Assembly (NCBI GenBank): GCA_964016885.1
Contig: OZ024741.1
Span: forward strand, 321,966,001 to 322,030,000
DNA from: Eledone cirrhosa
Taxonomy: Eukaryota
DNA length: 64,000 bases
Direction: 5' to 3'
The position numbers were made by a program, and so were the translations under genes. Of this stretch, positions 30,381 through 43,359 are shown one piece after another; position 1 is the first letter of the stretch, and the number at the start of each line of letters is the position of its first letter. The notes beneath the pieces were generated by a model, which was not told where the DNA came from, ran no database searches, and saw only the letters and a program-made list of their open reading frames with translations.

Positions 30381-31589
30381 TATCTATCTATATATACAAA
30401 TAGATAGATAGATATAGTCACACCAAATTATTTTAAATTGTCAGAAACATTTGTTTATTTATTTATTGTATCTTTAGTTAAGAAATGTATCTCTCCAGTC
30501 CACCTCATGAGCATATGGTAAATATTTTAGCATCTTAACTTCACACTAACTGTACATTAGTATTTATTAAATGTTACTCAAGAGAAGAAGGGACATTTGC
30601 AAGCCCCCAAAGCTGGTGGAATTAATATGATTGATGTTTTGCTCTGATATCTATAGATAAATGACTTTTAGAAAGAAAAAAAAAGAGGGAATTCCAGTGG
30701 CTTGCAGTCCAATGGGATAAGTACTGGGTGATGTGAGGAGTGTGAGTGAAGTTTAGGGTTCACATGGATGCTTGGATCTGGAGTGTATTCCTTAGTATTT
30801 GTTTGTAATAAATGTTATGTTCCTGCCCTTATGCCTGCTATGGATTATTGTATAATGTACTCATGGGGATTTTATATTTTATCAAACATTTCAAATGCAA
30901 AGGATTTATGGCATCATTTAAAAGTTCTCATCAGCAATCAGCTTAAACTTTTAGCTGACAACCCAGCTGAAACCGGCTCTGGTTCTATGAAATAAAACCA
31001 CCCATTTTAATGATTTCCAATTCACATTAAAATCTTCCAACATAATTTTATATAAGAACCTTACATTAAGTTACTATCTTACTAATGAAATAATCAATAA
31101 TTTTAGTAAATCCCTTGAAATTCTTCATTAATTAATTAAAATAGAGTGTATTTCATTAGTCATGAAAGGGCTAAGACATGCTAATAAACAATGTAGAACA
31201 TATCTTAACCCTTTAATACTAAACTATTTGAAACCTGGTTCTATGATACAAAACTTTGTTTTATAGTGTTTACATTTATTTATAAACCTTCAAACATCAT
31301 TTTATGTAAGAATCTTTGTTAAATTATTTTCCAAACACCAGGTTAGTAATAAGAAAGTTAGTTATATTTCTAAATCCCTCTAAATTCTTAATTATTTTTG
31401 AAATTTTTGAAAATCATAGGCAGCATATTTCATTAGAAATGTGGTAGTGATAGGGTTAAGATATGCCACTGATCAAAGTAGAATTCGCTATGTTAAATAT
31501 GAAGTCAGTAAAGACAGTAGTCCACTGTAGATCCTGAAGGAGTGTCAACAACTGCTCTGGGCTAGAATATTTCATCACTTTGAGAAATG

Positions 31590-31882
31590 AGAAAACAACA
31601 ACAACACAACAACAACAGTGAAGGCAGCAACAACGAGAACATTACCAAACACACACACCAACATCAACAAAACAATGACAACATTGAAAGCATCAGCAAC
31701 AGCATCAACACCACCACTAACATCAACATCATTATTATCGCCAACATCAAAAGTACATCACTGAAGGGATCAACAATGTTACCATCACCAACAACAACAA
31801 AATCAACAACAACACACCATCACCAACAACATCAACAACAAAATCAACAATAACAAAATCAACAACAACAACACCATCACCA

Positions 31883-31914
<32 letters not shown>

Positions 31915-32090
31915 AACAACAGCATCACCAACAACTTCAACACAGCAACAATACTATCACCAACGTCAACATAACAGCCTCATCACCAACATCAACATAA
32001 CAATACCATCACCAACATAACAACAATACCATCAACAACCACAACATTGAAGACATCAACATCATCACCAACAATATGACCAACAACAAG
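31590..32090. repeat. Degenerate (CAA/CAC/CAT)n trinucleotide tract
   Basis: Directly visible. Confidence 0.85.
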
Positions 32091-32609
32091 AAACCATAGT
32101 GAAACAAGTTAACTGTAACAACCATTTAATAGTAAATAGTTGAGAGCTTTGTAGTAGATGCCAACAGAAGCAGCAGAACATGGCCGCCTTGTTCAGTGTG
32201 TAATTGAAAAATTAAAAGCAGAAATAGGTAGAAATCTAATACTATGTTGTAGCTACTCCTTGCTGGTTTGAATTGGTTAATGCCAGTTAGATGCGATACA
32301 TAAGATAGTTGGAATAAATACTTACAGAAATATAAACCATAAATAAAAAGAATCAGAGTAGTTGCGACATTTTTTTCTTTTAAGAGAGAAAAGTTAATAA
32401 AATATAATAACGGGCATTAAATATTTGTAGGTGCATATGTGCGTGTGTGTGTGTGTGTTTATATATATATATGTATCTATAAATATATATATATTGAGTG
32501 TAACTTTTTATAAAATCTCTCTTGTTATCGATTTCTCTGTTTTACCCCACTGACTTTCCTAACAAACCCTCTCCCTATACTCATAGACAATCTCCATTCA
32601 TTGGAGGAT

Positions 32610-32930
32610 GATCCTATAACTCCTGAGAGAATTGTAGGGGTGCCGTATTCACATACAGCGTTTCTAGGGCATTTTAAAATCTGGCGGAGCCCATTTCCAC
32701 TCCAGGTCTGAATACAGCAGATTTCCTCTAGAGAGTGATAGAGAACAGAAGTGAGAAAGAGATATAGAGGAAGAATCAACCCCAGTACTAGACTGGTACT
32801 TTTGTTTTTATCAACAATGAAAGGCAAAGTTGACCTCGACGGAATTTGAACTAAGAGAGCAGAGAGCCGAAATGAATACTGCAAATCATTCTATCCAATG
32901 TTCTAACAACTGCCAATTCATTGCCTAACA
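32610..32930 (-). mobile_element. Second SINE family (GAGTTCAAATTCCG...GCCTTTCATCC...AAGTACCAGT core, Nin/Deu-domain-like); other copies at about 38160-38420, 48265-48420, 48460-48625, 49020-49185, 50290-50400, 56080-56285, 56330-56650, 61500-61670
   Basis: Recurring block CCCAGTAC..ACTGGTACTT...GATGAAAGGCAAAGTTGACCTCG.CGGGATTTGAACTCAG. The domain name is from recall and unverified. Confidence 0.75.
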
Positions 32931-32999
32931 CTTTCCTTACCATATTTCAAATAAAAAACACTGCTATCGTTTTCAAATTTTTATATTATTTTTATTTAG

Positions 33000-33420
33000 T
33001 GTCATTCAACTCCAGTCGGTGACACCCCGCAGTTCCTCCATGCATCATGCATTGTATTCATCAAGACACTGCAATGAAGTCCAACGTTTTCTTCAATGAT
33101 TTTTCAGAGGGTCAGGTTTGGGCAACCATGTCTCTGAGTGACATTGGAGAACCATATCAGAACTCTCACAGTAGCTTCACTGTGTCTCATTACATCTCCA
33201 GCAAGAGTTAGACGAGACTTTCTTATGACAGTTGAGATCTTCAGAAGAAAGCCATATAAGATCTTGTTAGTTGTGCGCAACTGCCAAGAGATATTAGGCA
33301 GTGTGCAAAAGATGGGTATAGTTACCATCTAACTTTGTCAGTGTAGATATCAGGGGGTCCATGACTCTGAGTCATAAAGAAGGATAGAGTCCACAGTGGC
33401 TTTGAATACCCTGATTTTGG
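33000..33420 (-). mobile_element. RTE-like LINE 3' fragment
   Basis: Encodes KISTVIRKSRLTLAGDVMRHSE, matching the RR.RLR.AGHV.R motif. Confidence 0.7.
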
Positions 33421-34143
33421 AAGGAGATATTACCAATAATTAGATTGTTAAAGTTGACAAAATCAAGATGTTCACTACTAGTATTAGTCTGGATGTTATA
33501 TGAGTAATGATGAGAAACTTGTGCATTGAAGTCACCTCCTCACCAGGAGACAAACTCCCACCACAGCTGAGCCACTGGAACATACAAGCTGCACAACCAT
33601 GTCAAGGTAATAATTGTGCCCACAATTATATATAATCCATGCTAGCGTGGAAGATAGACGTTAAACGATGATGATGATGATATAAAAATAGAAAATACAA
33701 AATAAAACCAGATAAAATTAAAAAAATACTTTTTAGAAGTTAAAAAAAAAGGTTAAAAGTTATATACACGGGTTTCGCTTTTCATCCTTCAGAGTGTCCA
33801 AATATGACCCTCCTCACAAAGCAAGCCTGGTGGGGTTGCTGCTTTAGTCACTGACGATCCAACCATGTGACAAGTTGTATTGGGTTACATGTTACCAGTA
33901 GCAGTAGAGCTATTTTGAAAATATTCAGGAATTTAGAGGGAGTTAGTAATATAACTAACTTTCGAATTATTAAGCTAATGTTTAGAACATAACTTAACAA
34001 AGTTTCTTATTAGATAAGAAAAATAAAATCACTTTAAAACAAGCAGTTTGGTATCGTAAAACTAGCAGCTATTTCTAGTGGGTTGGAGTGTGAAACATAA
34101 GTTAACAAATGTTCTTATAGTTAGATAAATATAAACTGTTTAA

Positions 34144-34351
34144 CCCTTTAGCATTTAAACTGGCCGTATCTGGCCAGTATTCTCTCACCTCTTTCTGTTC
34201 TAACTAGCCGTAACAGGCTACTCATACTTATGTTAAGGTATTGTTCTCAAAATAAATAATATCAAAATCTCATAGATTTGATATTATGTGAGATAAAACC
34301 TTTACTGTGAAAATACAATAATAAATATAGAATTATGTAAATGTTAAAGGG
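34144..34351. mobile_element. piggyBac-type MITE (second copy at 61046-61256)
   Basis: TTAA|CCCTTTAGCATTTA...TAAATGTTAAAGGG|TTAA. The two copies align end to end. Confidence 0.85.
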
Positions 34352-35366
34352 TTAAAACAAGCAGTTTTGTTTTGCAGAACTAGAGATGGTTTCAGACAGT
34401 GTGGTATGATAATAATGAATTATTGTGTACAATTCTCAACTATGAAATGGGTTAAACTATGTAAACTTTTTCTTTTATTCTTTTGCATAAGCCATGAATA
34501 TATTTGGGAATCACCATCAATTTTGATGGTATGGTCTCACTAGTATTAAATAAAAACCAAAGATAAGAAAAATCAGAGTAAATGTGATATTTCTCTTCTT
34601 TAAAAAAAAAAAAAAAAAATCTAATATAATAATATGCAATGAATATCTGTAGGTTTATATATTTATTTCTTCTCTCATCTTATCTTTTCATTTTTATCAC
34701 TCTTAAGACTTTACTAGCAAATTATTTCTTCATGTTCCTCATAATGTTCAGCTGTAGAGAGAGAGAGAGAGAAGTGAAGAAAGAGAGAAAATAGAAGTGG
34801 AGAAAGAGAGAAAAGAGAAATGGAGAGAGAGAGAGAGATCAAAGAAAACTAAAGGAAGAAGAAAAACAGTGTTTGACATCACAAAAATACTAAAAAGGGG
34901 TAAGAGAGAGAGTGATAAGAGGGTGGGTCATGCTCATGAATAACTTTTAATATATATGTGAATTTCCATCAAAATTGATGCCACAGGCTCATTAGTAATA
35001 CATAAATATCATAAATAAGAAGAATCAGAGTAGTTGTGACATTTTTATTCCATTAAAGAAAAGCAATTGAAATCTAATTAGTCAAGTGATCAATAATAAA
35101 GTCTCGGTAGTCACTAGATAGTGTTGATTAGTTGAAGTGTTTTACTACATAACTTAACACTGAGCATCTCTGCAGAGATGGAAACTAATTTCAGGCAGTA
35201 AATTATTTGAAGTGACTTAACTATGAGGTACAGCTATTGGGCTGTGTGATTAAGATATTTGCTTCACAATTATGTGTTTTCATGTTTGATTCTACTGCAG
35301 GGCATCATAGCTAAGTGCTTTCCACGATAACCTTGGGCTAGTCGACAGCTTGTGAATGTGTATATG

Positions 35367-35402
<36 letters not shown>

Positions 35403-35495
35403 AGTATGTAAAAAGTAAACAGAAATAACCAAAAAAACGGCACAGTACATGGAAGAAATATATTAGTTTAATGTTTGAAATAGCAGAAAGAGAGA

Positions 35496-35529
35496 CTTAA
35501 CGTTTCAGACACTAGTCCTTCATCAGAAG
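35496..35529 (-). ncRNA. Minimal Penelope-type hammerhead motif within a pLTR-like remnant (about 35405-35650)
   Basis: Minus strand: CTT-CTGATGA-A-GGAC(TAGT)GTCT-GAAACGTT-AAG. Confidence 0.7.
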
Positions 35530-36235
35530 ATAGAGTTAGAAATAGAAGGTAAATAGAAAGTAAAGAGTGATGAGAGGAAGGAACAGGTAAAATGTGAAAA
35601 AAAAAAAAAAATGCAAACATGGAAAAATGGACATAAAAGGATCACAATATATATATCATCATCACCGTTTTACGTCCATTCTTCTACAGTAATATGAGTT
35701 AGACAGGTTGTCGTGTTGTGGACAGTGCCAGGTCAGGTAACCTTGTCTTGTTCATACGGGAACTGATTTTTGCTTGATTTCTACAGCTGGATGCCCTTCC
35801 TAACACCAACCTCATTTATAGTGAGTACTGGGTACTTTTTTACTGTGGCCACTATATATATGATATATATATATATATATACAGAATACCCAACTTCCCA
35901 TGGGTACAAGCCGAAGCTGAAGCATATAGACAATATGCCCCCACCTCCTCCCACTGCAAAGTGGTTGTGTAGGTGCCACGGCAAAAAAGCACCCAGCCCA
36001 CACTCTAAAGTGGTTGTGTAGGTGCCACGGAAAAAAAGCACCCACCACTCACTGTAAATGAGGTTGATGTTAGGAAGGGCATCCAGCTGTAGAAATCATG
36101 CCAAAATCAGTTCCCATATGAGCAAGAGAAGGTCAGCCGACCGGGCACTGCTCACAACAGGACAACCCATCTAATTCATGCAAGCGTGGAAGAATGGACG
36201 TAAAACAGTGATGATGATGATGATGATGATGATAT

Positions 36236-36273
<38 letters not shown>

Positions 36274-36517
36274 TAAGGACTCACCCACTGACATACACTC
36301 AAAAAAAAATTTTCCCACACGCCACCTACATCCACAACACGCATAAACACCACACACACATGTGCGTACCACCACATATTTACACACTCAGCCTCCGGAA
36401 TCCTCTCCCCCCACCCTCTGGCCCCTCCCCATCCACACACACACACCGACCTACACCCCACCCCACACACACCTCTTCTTGAACATGCAACCCTGTTCTT
36501 CCCCCAACTTTTACTTT

Positions 36518-36560
<43 letters not shown>

Positions 36561-36804
36561 ACACACACACACCACCTTCAGCCCTCCCCGCTCGGACACC
36601 CCGCCTCCCTCTCCCCACTCCACCCGCCACCACCCCTACACCCCCACACCCTTCCACCACCTGTTTTACTTCATGTTTATTTTTATTTTTATTATGCTTT
36701 TATATTTAATTTCATTTGTATCGTTTCCTCTCACCCCCTTTTTTCTATATGTCTCTTCTCCACTCCTCTACACACCCTTGGAACTCTCTTCCCACACACT
36801 TTTC

Positions 36805-36836
36805 ACCTGAAGAAGGGCTTATGCCCGAAACGTCGT
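36805..36836 (+). ncRNA. Minimal Penelope-type hammerhead motif within a pLTR-like remnant (about 36273-36927)
   Basis: CTGAAGA-A-GGGC(TTAT)GCCC-GAAACGTC. Stem I is reduced to 2 bp. AATAAA lies about 40 nt downstream. Confidence 0.7.
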
Positions 36837-36922
36837 TCCCCACCACCACCCCACCCTCAAGAGCGTGAAACTAATAAACCTTTGTTCGTACTGCCTCTCT
36901 GTTTTGTTCCCGTTCAATTTTT

Positions 36923-36958
<36 letters not shown>

Positions 36959-37071
36959 GTGTGTAATGCTTAGTTACTGACGGTTCACCAGTTTGAGCAG
37001 TCAATGCTATTACATGGATCCAAAGACCAATGTAGAATGCATTGTTTGTGTCATCACCGTTTTTGGAAATC

Positions 37072-37164
37072 CACAAGTCTGACGAGCTATTGATTCCAGA
37101 GTCGGGCCTGATCATGGCCGATCATATCTTGAATTGATTGATTACGAAATGCACGTCACATATG
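37072..37164 (+). ncRNA. Degenerate hammerhead motif with a long stem II
   Basis: CTGACGA (37079-37085), a long hairpin, then CGAAATGCACGTC. Stem I CACAAGT/ACATATG has two mismatches. AATAAA follows immediately. Confidence 0.45.
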
Positions 37165-39079
37165 AATAAAATATGTATATAAGGCTAAATTGATACTTTG
37201 TTCCTGATTACTTATTATATATACATATAGAATATAAGACTGTATGTAAGTGAGATGCAGGCTTCCTGGCCTGTCTGAGAGGTCAGTAGCTACTTCAATA
37301 CTGACTTGGTCTATGTAGACCTGTCCAACCCTTGCTTGTGTGTATGTATGTATGTATGTATGCATGTTATTTTTTTTGTGGAGCATGAGACTCCTAGTCT
37401 TCATTAAGACATCTCTCTAGGAGAAGTCCACTCTGATATGAAACCTGTGACTTTGTTTGCATCCAATGATGTAGACCAGTTTTTCTTTTTGGGCAAATGG
37501 ATTCAATGTTCAGAGAGTGGGATTGGCCCCATGCAAAGCCTTTCCTTCAGGCACAGGCGTCACTTGATTTGTGAGATTTTTTGCAATTCATGGTATTGCT
37601 GGCCATAAACAAGTCCCCAGCAGGACTAAAAAGCCATGTCTGTGATGCTCATGCTTAAGTGTCAAGCGATGGCATTACTTGAAACTGAGTTGCAGCCATC
37701 ATGTATGTATGCATGCATGTATGTATGTTTGTTTCTGTGTTCCTGTCCTGTAACTTAAAGATTGAACAAAAATAAATTAATAAAATAAATACCAGACTGA
37801 CAGCAGTAAAACAGTATTAACCTTTTTGAAACCAATCCAACCAAAACTAACTCTGGTTCTATGAAACAGAATCCCTCGTTTTAAATGGTTCCTATTTAAA
37901 TTAAAATCTTCCAACATAATTTTATATAAGAAACATATGTTAACTTACTATCTTAGTAATGAAATAATCAATAATTTTAGTAAATATTCATCAATAATTA
38001 ATTTAAATAGAAGTGTAATTTAGAAATATGGTCACGAAAGGATTAAAATGTTTGTTACGTTATTCCAGGCCATGCAATGCCATGGGCTCATATCTCCTGG
38101 GGAAGTTGTGAGGCTGTTGTCATTAAATACAGCATATTTTAGATATTAAAATCTGACAGAGCCCATTCCTTCTCCAAGACTGAGTGCAGCCAATTTCTTC
38201 CAGAGAATGCAAAAGAGTTAGAGTGATTGAGAAGGAAGGAAAAGATATAAAGGAAGAATTGACTCCAGTATTGAACTGTTATTTATTTATCAATCATAAA
38301 AAAAGATAAAAGGCAAAGTTGACTTCAGTGGGATTTGAACTCAGAATGCAGAGAGTGGAAATAAATACTGCAAAGCTTCATATCCAATGTTCTGAAGACT
38401 GTCACCTTACTGCCTTACATTGATTATACAACATTCTTTTTGCATGTTTGTTGTTCTTAGTTAAAGTCATTATCTGTTTACAACAACAGAAAATGCAAAT
38501 GGGTCCTTAATTAGGGGGGGGGGGGGTAAACAAACAAAAGACTCCCAGTGTTTATATAATTATCCTCTCCCCTCATCATCATCATCATTTGACGTCCATT
38601 AAAACATGATGATATTGATATTAACATATTAAAGAAATTTAAGTGGGCACAACAAAATTCCATTTATTTGGAATTGGTGCATTGCTTGAAGTGTGAGAAA
38701 TGTAAATGACCAAATATAGTGGCCTTGTTAATCTTGTGGAAACTTTAAAATTATGATTAATATCTAAATACACTCCAATATTATCTTAATCATTTTTCCA
38801 TGTTTATTTTCCCTTATATTCTATCTCTTGAGATTCTCAAAAAATAAACAAAGGCAGATAAAAATTGTGAAAATTCTTCTTTGGAAAGAAAGAAAGACAT
38901 TCAAAGCACAGATCATTATTGTTTTTGTTTTTCTATTTGAAAATCTCATGAGATCTAGCATACAAAGAGAACGAATTTGAATAACAAACAGGAATAGCAG
39001 CTCTTAGTACAAACTTGACTACAATCTACTCAAGAATTCAAAATGAACTTGTAGCTTTTAGTAACCAGGGAAAATTTGT

Positions 39080-39335
39080 ATTGGTATGGGCATGTGATGC
39101 ATATGCATGATGATTGTTGGGTGAAAGAAGTGCCAGGAATTGTCAGTGAAAGGAAGGTGTAGTAGAGGAAGACTGAGTAAGATTTGGGCAGAAATGTTAA
39201 GAGCAGATCTCAAAATACTGAACCTTACAGAGGAGATGACAAAGGGACACAGTAAATGAAGTGAGGCAGTGATGGAAAAGACCCATCCAACTCATACAAG
39301 CATGGAAACATAGACAAACATGATGATGATGATTA
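39080..39335 (+). mobile_element. RTE LINE 3' end with (ATG)n tail
   Basis: Encodes WYGHVMHM. Ends CATACAAGCATGGAAA...ATGATGATG, the same tail type as the SINEs. Confidence 0.7.
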
Positions 39336-40133
39336 TGATTATACATTGGAATGGAAGAAATGATGGAGTATCAAGCTAAACAGTTTGTAAAATTTAGTTG
39401 CATTACTGTGTAAAGTGTTAGTGCTGGTGCCTCAACAAAATACACTCATTAGACTCTGTAAAGTGATAGTGTTGGTGTCATGATAAAATACACCCAGTTA
39501 TATACTGTAAAGTGGTAGTGCTGATGCCATGATAAAATGCATTCAGTACACTCTGTAAAATGACAATGCTGTTGCCACAATATAATGCACCCAGTACACT
39601 ATGTAAAATGGTTGGAATTAGGAAGGGCATCTAGTTGTATAAACCAAGACATGATTCTCCAAATGGTCTAGTCTCAGACTGTGACAATCTGTCCTATCTA
39701 TGCCAGCATAGGAAGACATATGATAATGATGATGATGAATTTACGTTTTAGATTCCAATCACAGTGAGCTTCACTTCTGTCTTCCATATCTCAGTGATCA
39801 ATAGATCAATAAAATAAGTATGAGGTGATTAATTTGACTATACCGCATCTGCCTCCTCACCATGCCACCTGTGAATTTGTGCCAATATTAGATAGAGAAC
39901 CTTATTGTTGATTTTTAATGTAGGCATTTAGGGGAGGGCTATGGATTATTTTCTCAACCCCAGTACATGACAGGTACTTATGTAAAGCAAATCTGACCTT
40001 GCTGGGATTTGAACTCAGAATGTAAAGAGCCATAACAAAATATTTCACCACAACTTGTCCTATGTCTGTCACCCTATCCACTCAGTTCTCAGTGAAACAA
40101 CCATTGTATTTATAACAAGAAAACAAAAAGGTG

Positions 40134-40415
40134 AAGATGAGTGGCTTAGTGGTTAGGGTGTTCTGCCCATGATCATAAGGTCGTGAGTTTGATTCCTGGC
40201 AGTGAGTTGTGTCCTTGAGCAAGACACTTTATTTTACATTGTTCCAGTCCCCTCAGTTGGAGAAAGAAATAAGTTGTACCTGTAATTCAAAGAGCTAGTC
40301 ATGTCATATATTGTGTCATGCTGAGTCTCCCAGAAAACTAGGTTAAGGGTGCATGTGTCTGTGGAATGCTCAACCACTTGCAGATTAATTTCACGAGCAG
40401 GCTGTTCTGTTAATC
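40134..40415 (+). mobile_element. tRNA-derived SINE
   Basis: A box TGGCTTAGTGG, B box GAGTTTGATTCC, and CORE-like GTGTCCTTGAGCAAGACACTTTATT. Confidence 0.8.
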
Positions 40416-40479
40416 ACAAGACGTGGGAAGAAGTGAGATAGGAGCTCAGGTGACAGGGCATTACACCTGGTGTACAGAC

Positions 40480-41000
40480 CAATGGACAAATAGACAGGTA
40501 GACAGATAGACAAACAGGTAGAAGGTTGGCAGATAGACAGGTAGACAGATAGAGAGGTAGACAGGCATGTAGACAAACTGACATAGATAGACAGAGAGGT
40601 AAACAGGCAGACATACTGGCAGGCAAACAGTGAGAGAGACTGGCAGACAAATTGGCAGACAGACTGGCAGGTAGACAGAGAGGCAGACAGACTGGCAGGT
40701 AGACAGAGAGGCAGACAGACAAACGGCCATGACAAGTGGTAACATGTTGTAAGGAAGACCTAATTCAGCGGGGGTGGGGAGACCTTATCAAAAATGGATA
40801 TTAGAACATTAGCAATGATGATGATGATTGTGAAGGTGATGGTAATGATGGTGGTGGTGATGATGATGGTGATAATAATGGTGGTGGTGGTGGTGAATGT
40901 GGTAATAATGATAACAGTGGTAGTGGTAATCATGATGGTGGTGGTGATGAATGTAGTGATGATGATGATGATTAATATGATGGTTATAGTGATGATATAG
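40480..41000. repeat. (AGAC/AGGT)n tract followed by a (GAT/GGT)n tract
   Basis: Directly visible. Confidence 0.85.
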
Positions 41001-41012
41001 ATGCAGATATCA

Positions 41013-41055
<43 letters not shown>

Positions 41056-41266
41056 TGGAGACCTATTTATAAACCCATCCATTTATATATTCCGTCTTCT
41101 GCCCCACTCTCTCTATCCCTCCATCTAACTAACAATATTACCCCCCGCGCTCTCTCTCTCTATCTATCTATCCATCCATCCATCCATCCATCTTTCTCTC
41201 TATCTATCAATATATCTATCCACCTATCTACCCATCCATCCATCCACCTACCTACCTACCTATCTC

Positions 41267-42240
41267 TGGCACCTCGAGTGCCTTTAGGCGCTCACAGCCC
41301 TCTACCAAGCAGAAACGACAATAGCAGAGCCTCTACTTCGACATTCTATAGGGGATTAGTGGAGGATAAGTGTGACGACGTTCTCGGGGAAACTCTAGTC
41401 ATTGAGGAGGATGAACTGACCAGTCTGTTCAGGAGGACTTTCCGTCCAGGGCCTATGGATAACTTCCAGAGGTCTCTGTCCTCGCAGTGCTACCGAGGAG
41501 CTCTACCAGTTCGAGACAAAATCTACAGGCACGGACGCCCTGGCAGAGATCCTGCCAAAAGGACCTGTCCAAGATGCGAGCAGGACATCGAAACCGTTCT
41601 GCACACAATTGTTCAGTGCCCAGGGGTGACCGACCTGTGGAATTATGTCGAACAGCTACTGTCACGTGTGGGACACATCCAGTTGTCAGTCGAGTCCATC
41701 GTGAGCATCACCCCACAGCCTTCATTTAAGAATGAAGGAGAGGTGGTTTTCCTCTGTCTGGTGGCTATGGCGAAAGAGGTAATATGGTGGACAAGGTTAA
41801 AAGGACTGAGGGCAAACACCTTTCTCTCCGGACATCAACTTATCCCCTTCTTTAAGTATCACTTCAGAAGGAAGATGAAAGTGGAGAGAGAGGTGCTACA
41901 CCCCAGTAAATTCGCTGAAAGGTGGGTGAATGTGGCAAAAATGGCCCAAGTGAATGGGCTTCTCTGTATATAAACCTGTAGGTTGAGGAGGATAAACACA
42001 GGGAAGATGGGAACACCTACAAAACATGTTCCTGGTGTTGAGGGTTGTTCTATCCACGGGGTGTCAAACAACCCTGCAGTAACGTTCCCCCCTATTGGGG
42101 ATTTCAATTGTTACTTTATTATATATAGTTTACTCTTATTTATTAATGTTAAAGTTATATAATTTTTATGTAAAACCCCCACCGTCACGTCTTGTAATGT
42201 CCCATTTTTGTATGCCCCCTGTGGCAAATAAAGAAAGATA
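41267..42240 (+). mobile_element. 5'-truncated Tx1-clade LINE: ORF2 C-terminus with zinc-binding domain plus 3' UTR
   Basis: CPRCEQDIETVLHTIVQC (zf-RVT-type CCHC). Stop at 41973, AATAAA at the 3' end, (TCTA/TCCA)n on both flanks. Confidence 0.9.
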
Positions 42241-42477
42241 TCTATCTATCTATCCACTTATCTATCTATTTATCTATCCATCCATCTATCTATATATCAA
42301 ACTAACAATCCATATTCTCCAATCTTGTGAATCTGTTTATCTCTAAGCTTAGAGATTTGTGATAAGTGCACCATTTAAAAATGTAATTCAACTTGTTCCA
42401 TTCCAAATGATAAGGTTTGTGATATGGAGGGGTCAAAACTATTTATTTACATATTTATTTATTTATGAATTATTAAT

Positions 42478-43040
42478 GATTGGTGGTGGCGATGGTGGTG
42501 GCGATGGTGGTGGTGTGGTAGTGAAGATGGTGGTGGTGGTGTTGGAGATGGTGTGGAGGTGATGGTGAAGGTGAAGATGGTGGTGGAGGTGGAGACGATG
42601 TGGTGGTAGTGGTGGTGATGGTGTGGTGGTAGTGGTGATGATGGTGTGGTGGTAGTGGTGGTGGAGATGGTGGTGGTGAAGTGGTGAGGTGAGCATCATA
42701 GCTATTGATTTCTACCTCTTCCTCTTCCAATTCAACAATTGTTATCAACCCAGTGCTGGTGGTGATGGAAGGGAGGAGGAAACAATGTTTTGATTTATTG
42801 GAGCTTATCCTAGTTTACAAATTAAATCATCATCATCATCACCATCATCAGTTGTATCACCAGCACCACCACCATCATCACCATCACCAGTTGTTCCACC
42901 ACCACCAACAACAGCAACAAGAACACCACCACCATCATCACAGTTCCACCACAACCACCACTACAATCATCATCCTCATCATCAGTTGTACCACCACCAT
43001 CATCATCATCACCAGTTGTACCACCACCATATTCATCATC
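42478..43040. repeat. (GGT)n and (CAC/CAT)n low-complexity tracts
   Basis: Directly visible. Confidence 0.85.
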
Positions 43041-43068
43041 AAATTCATGAGCTTACATCATGAATGAA

Positions 43069-43279
43069 ACACCCTAACCCCATAGACTTGTACCTTCACA
43101 CCCTAACCCCATAGACTTGTACCTTCACACCCTAACCCCATAGACTTGTACCGTCACACAATAACCCCATAGACTTGTACCTTCACACCCTAACCCCATA
43201 GACTTGTACCTTCACACAATAACCCCATAGACTTGTACCTTCACACCCTAACCCCATAGACTTGTACCTTCACACAATA
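43069..43279. repeat. 29-bp minisatellite, about 7 copies (ACACCCTAACCCCATAGACTTGTACCTTC)
   Basis: Directly visible. Two unit variants (CCCTAA and CAATAA). Confidence 0.92.
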
Positions 43280-43359
43280 ATAATGGTTTCTGATTTCGAC
43301 AAACGACCAACATCAATTAAATTGACCACAGAGTGTTACTGATACTTTATTTTATTGAC

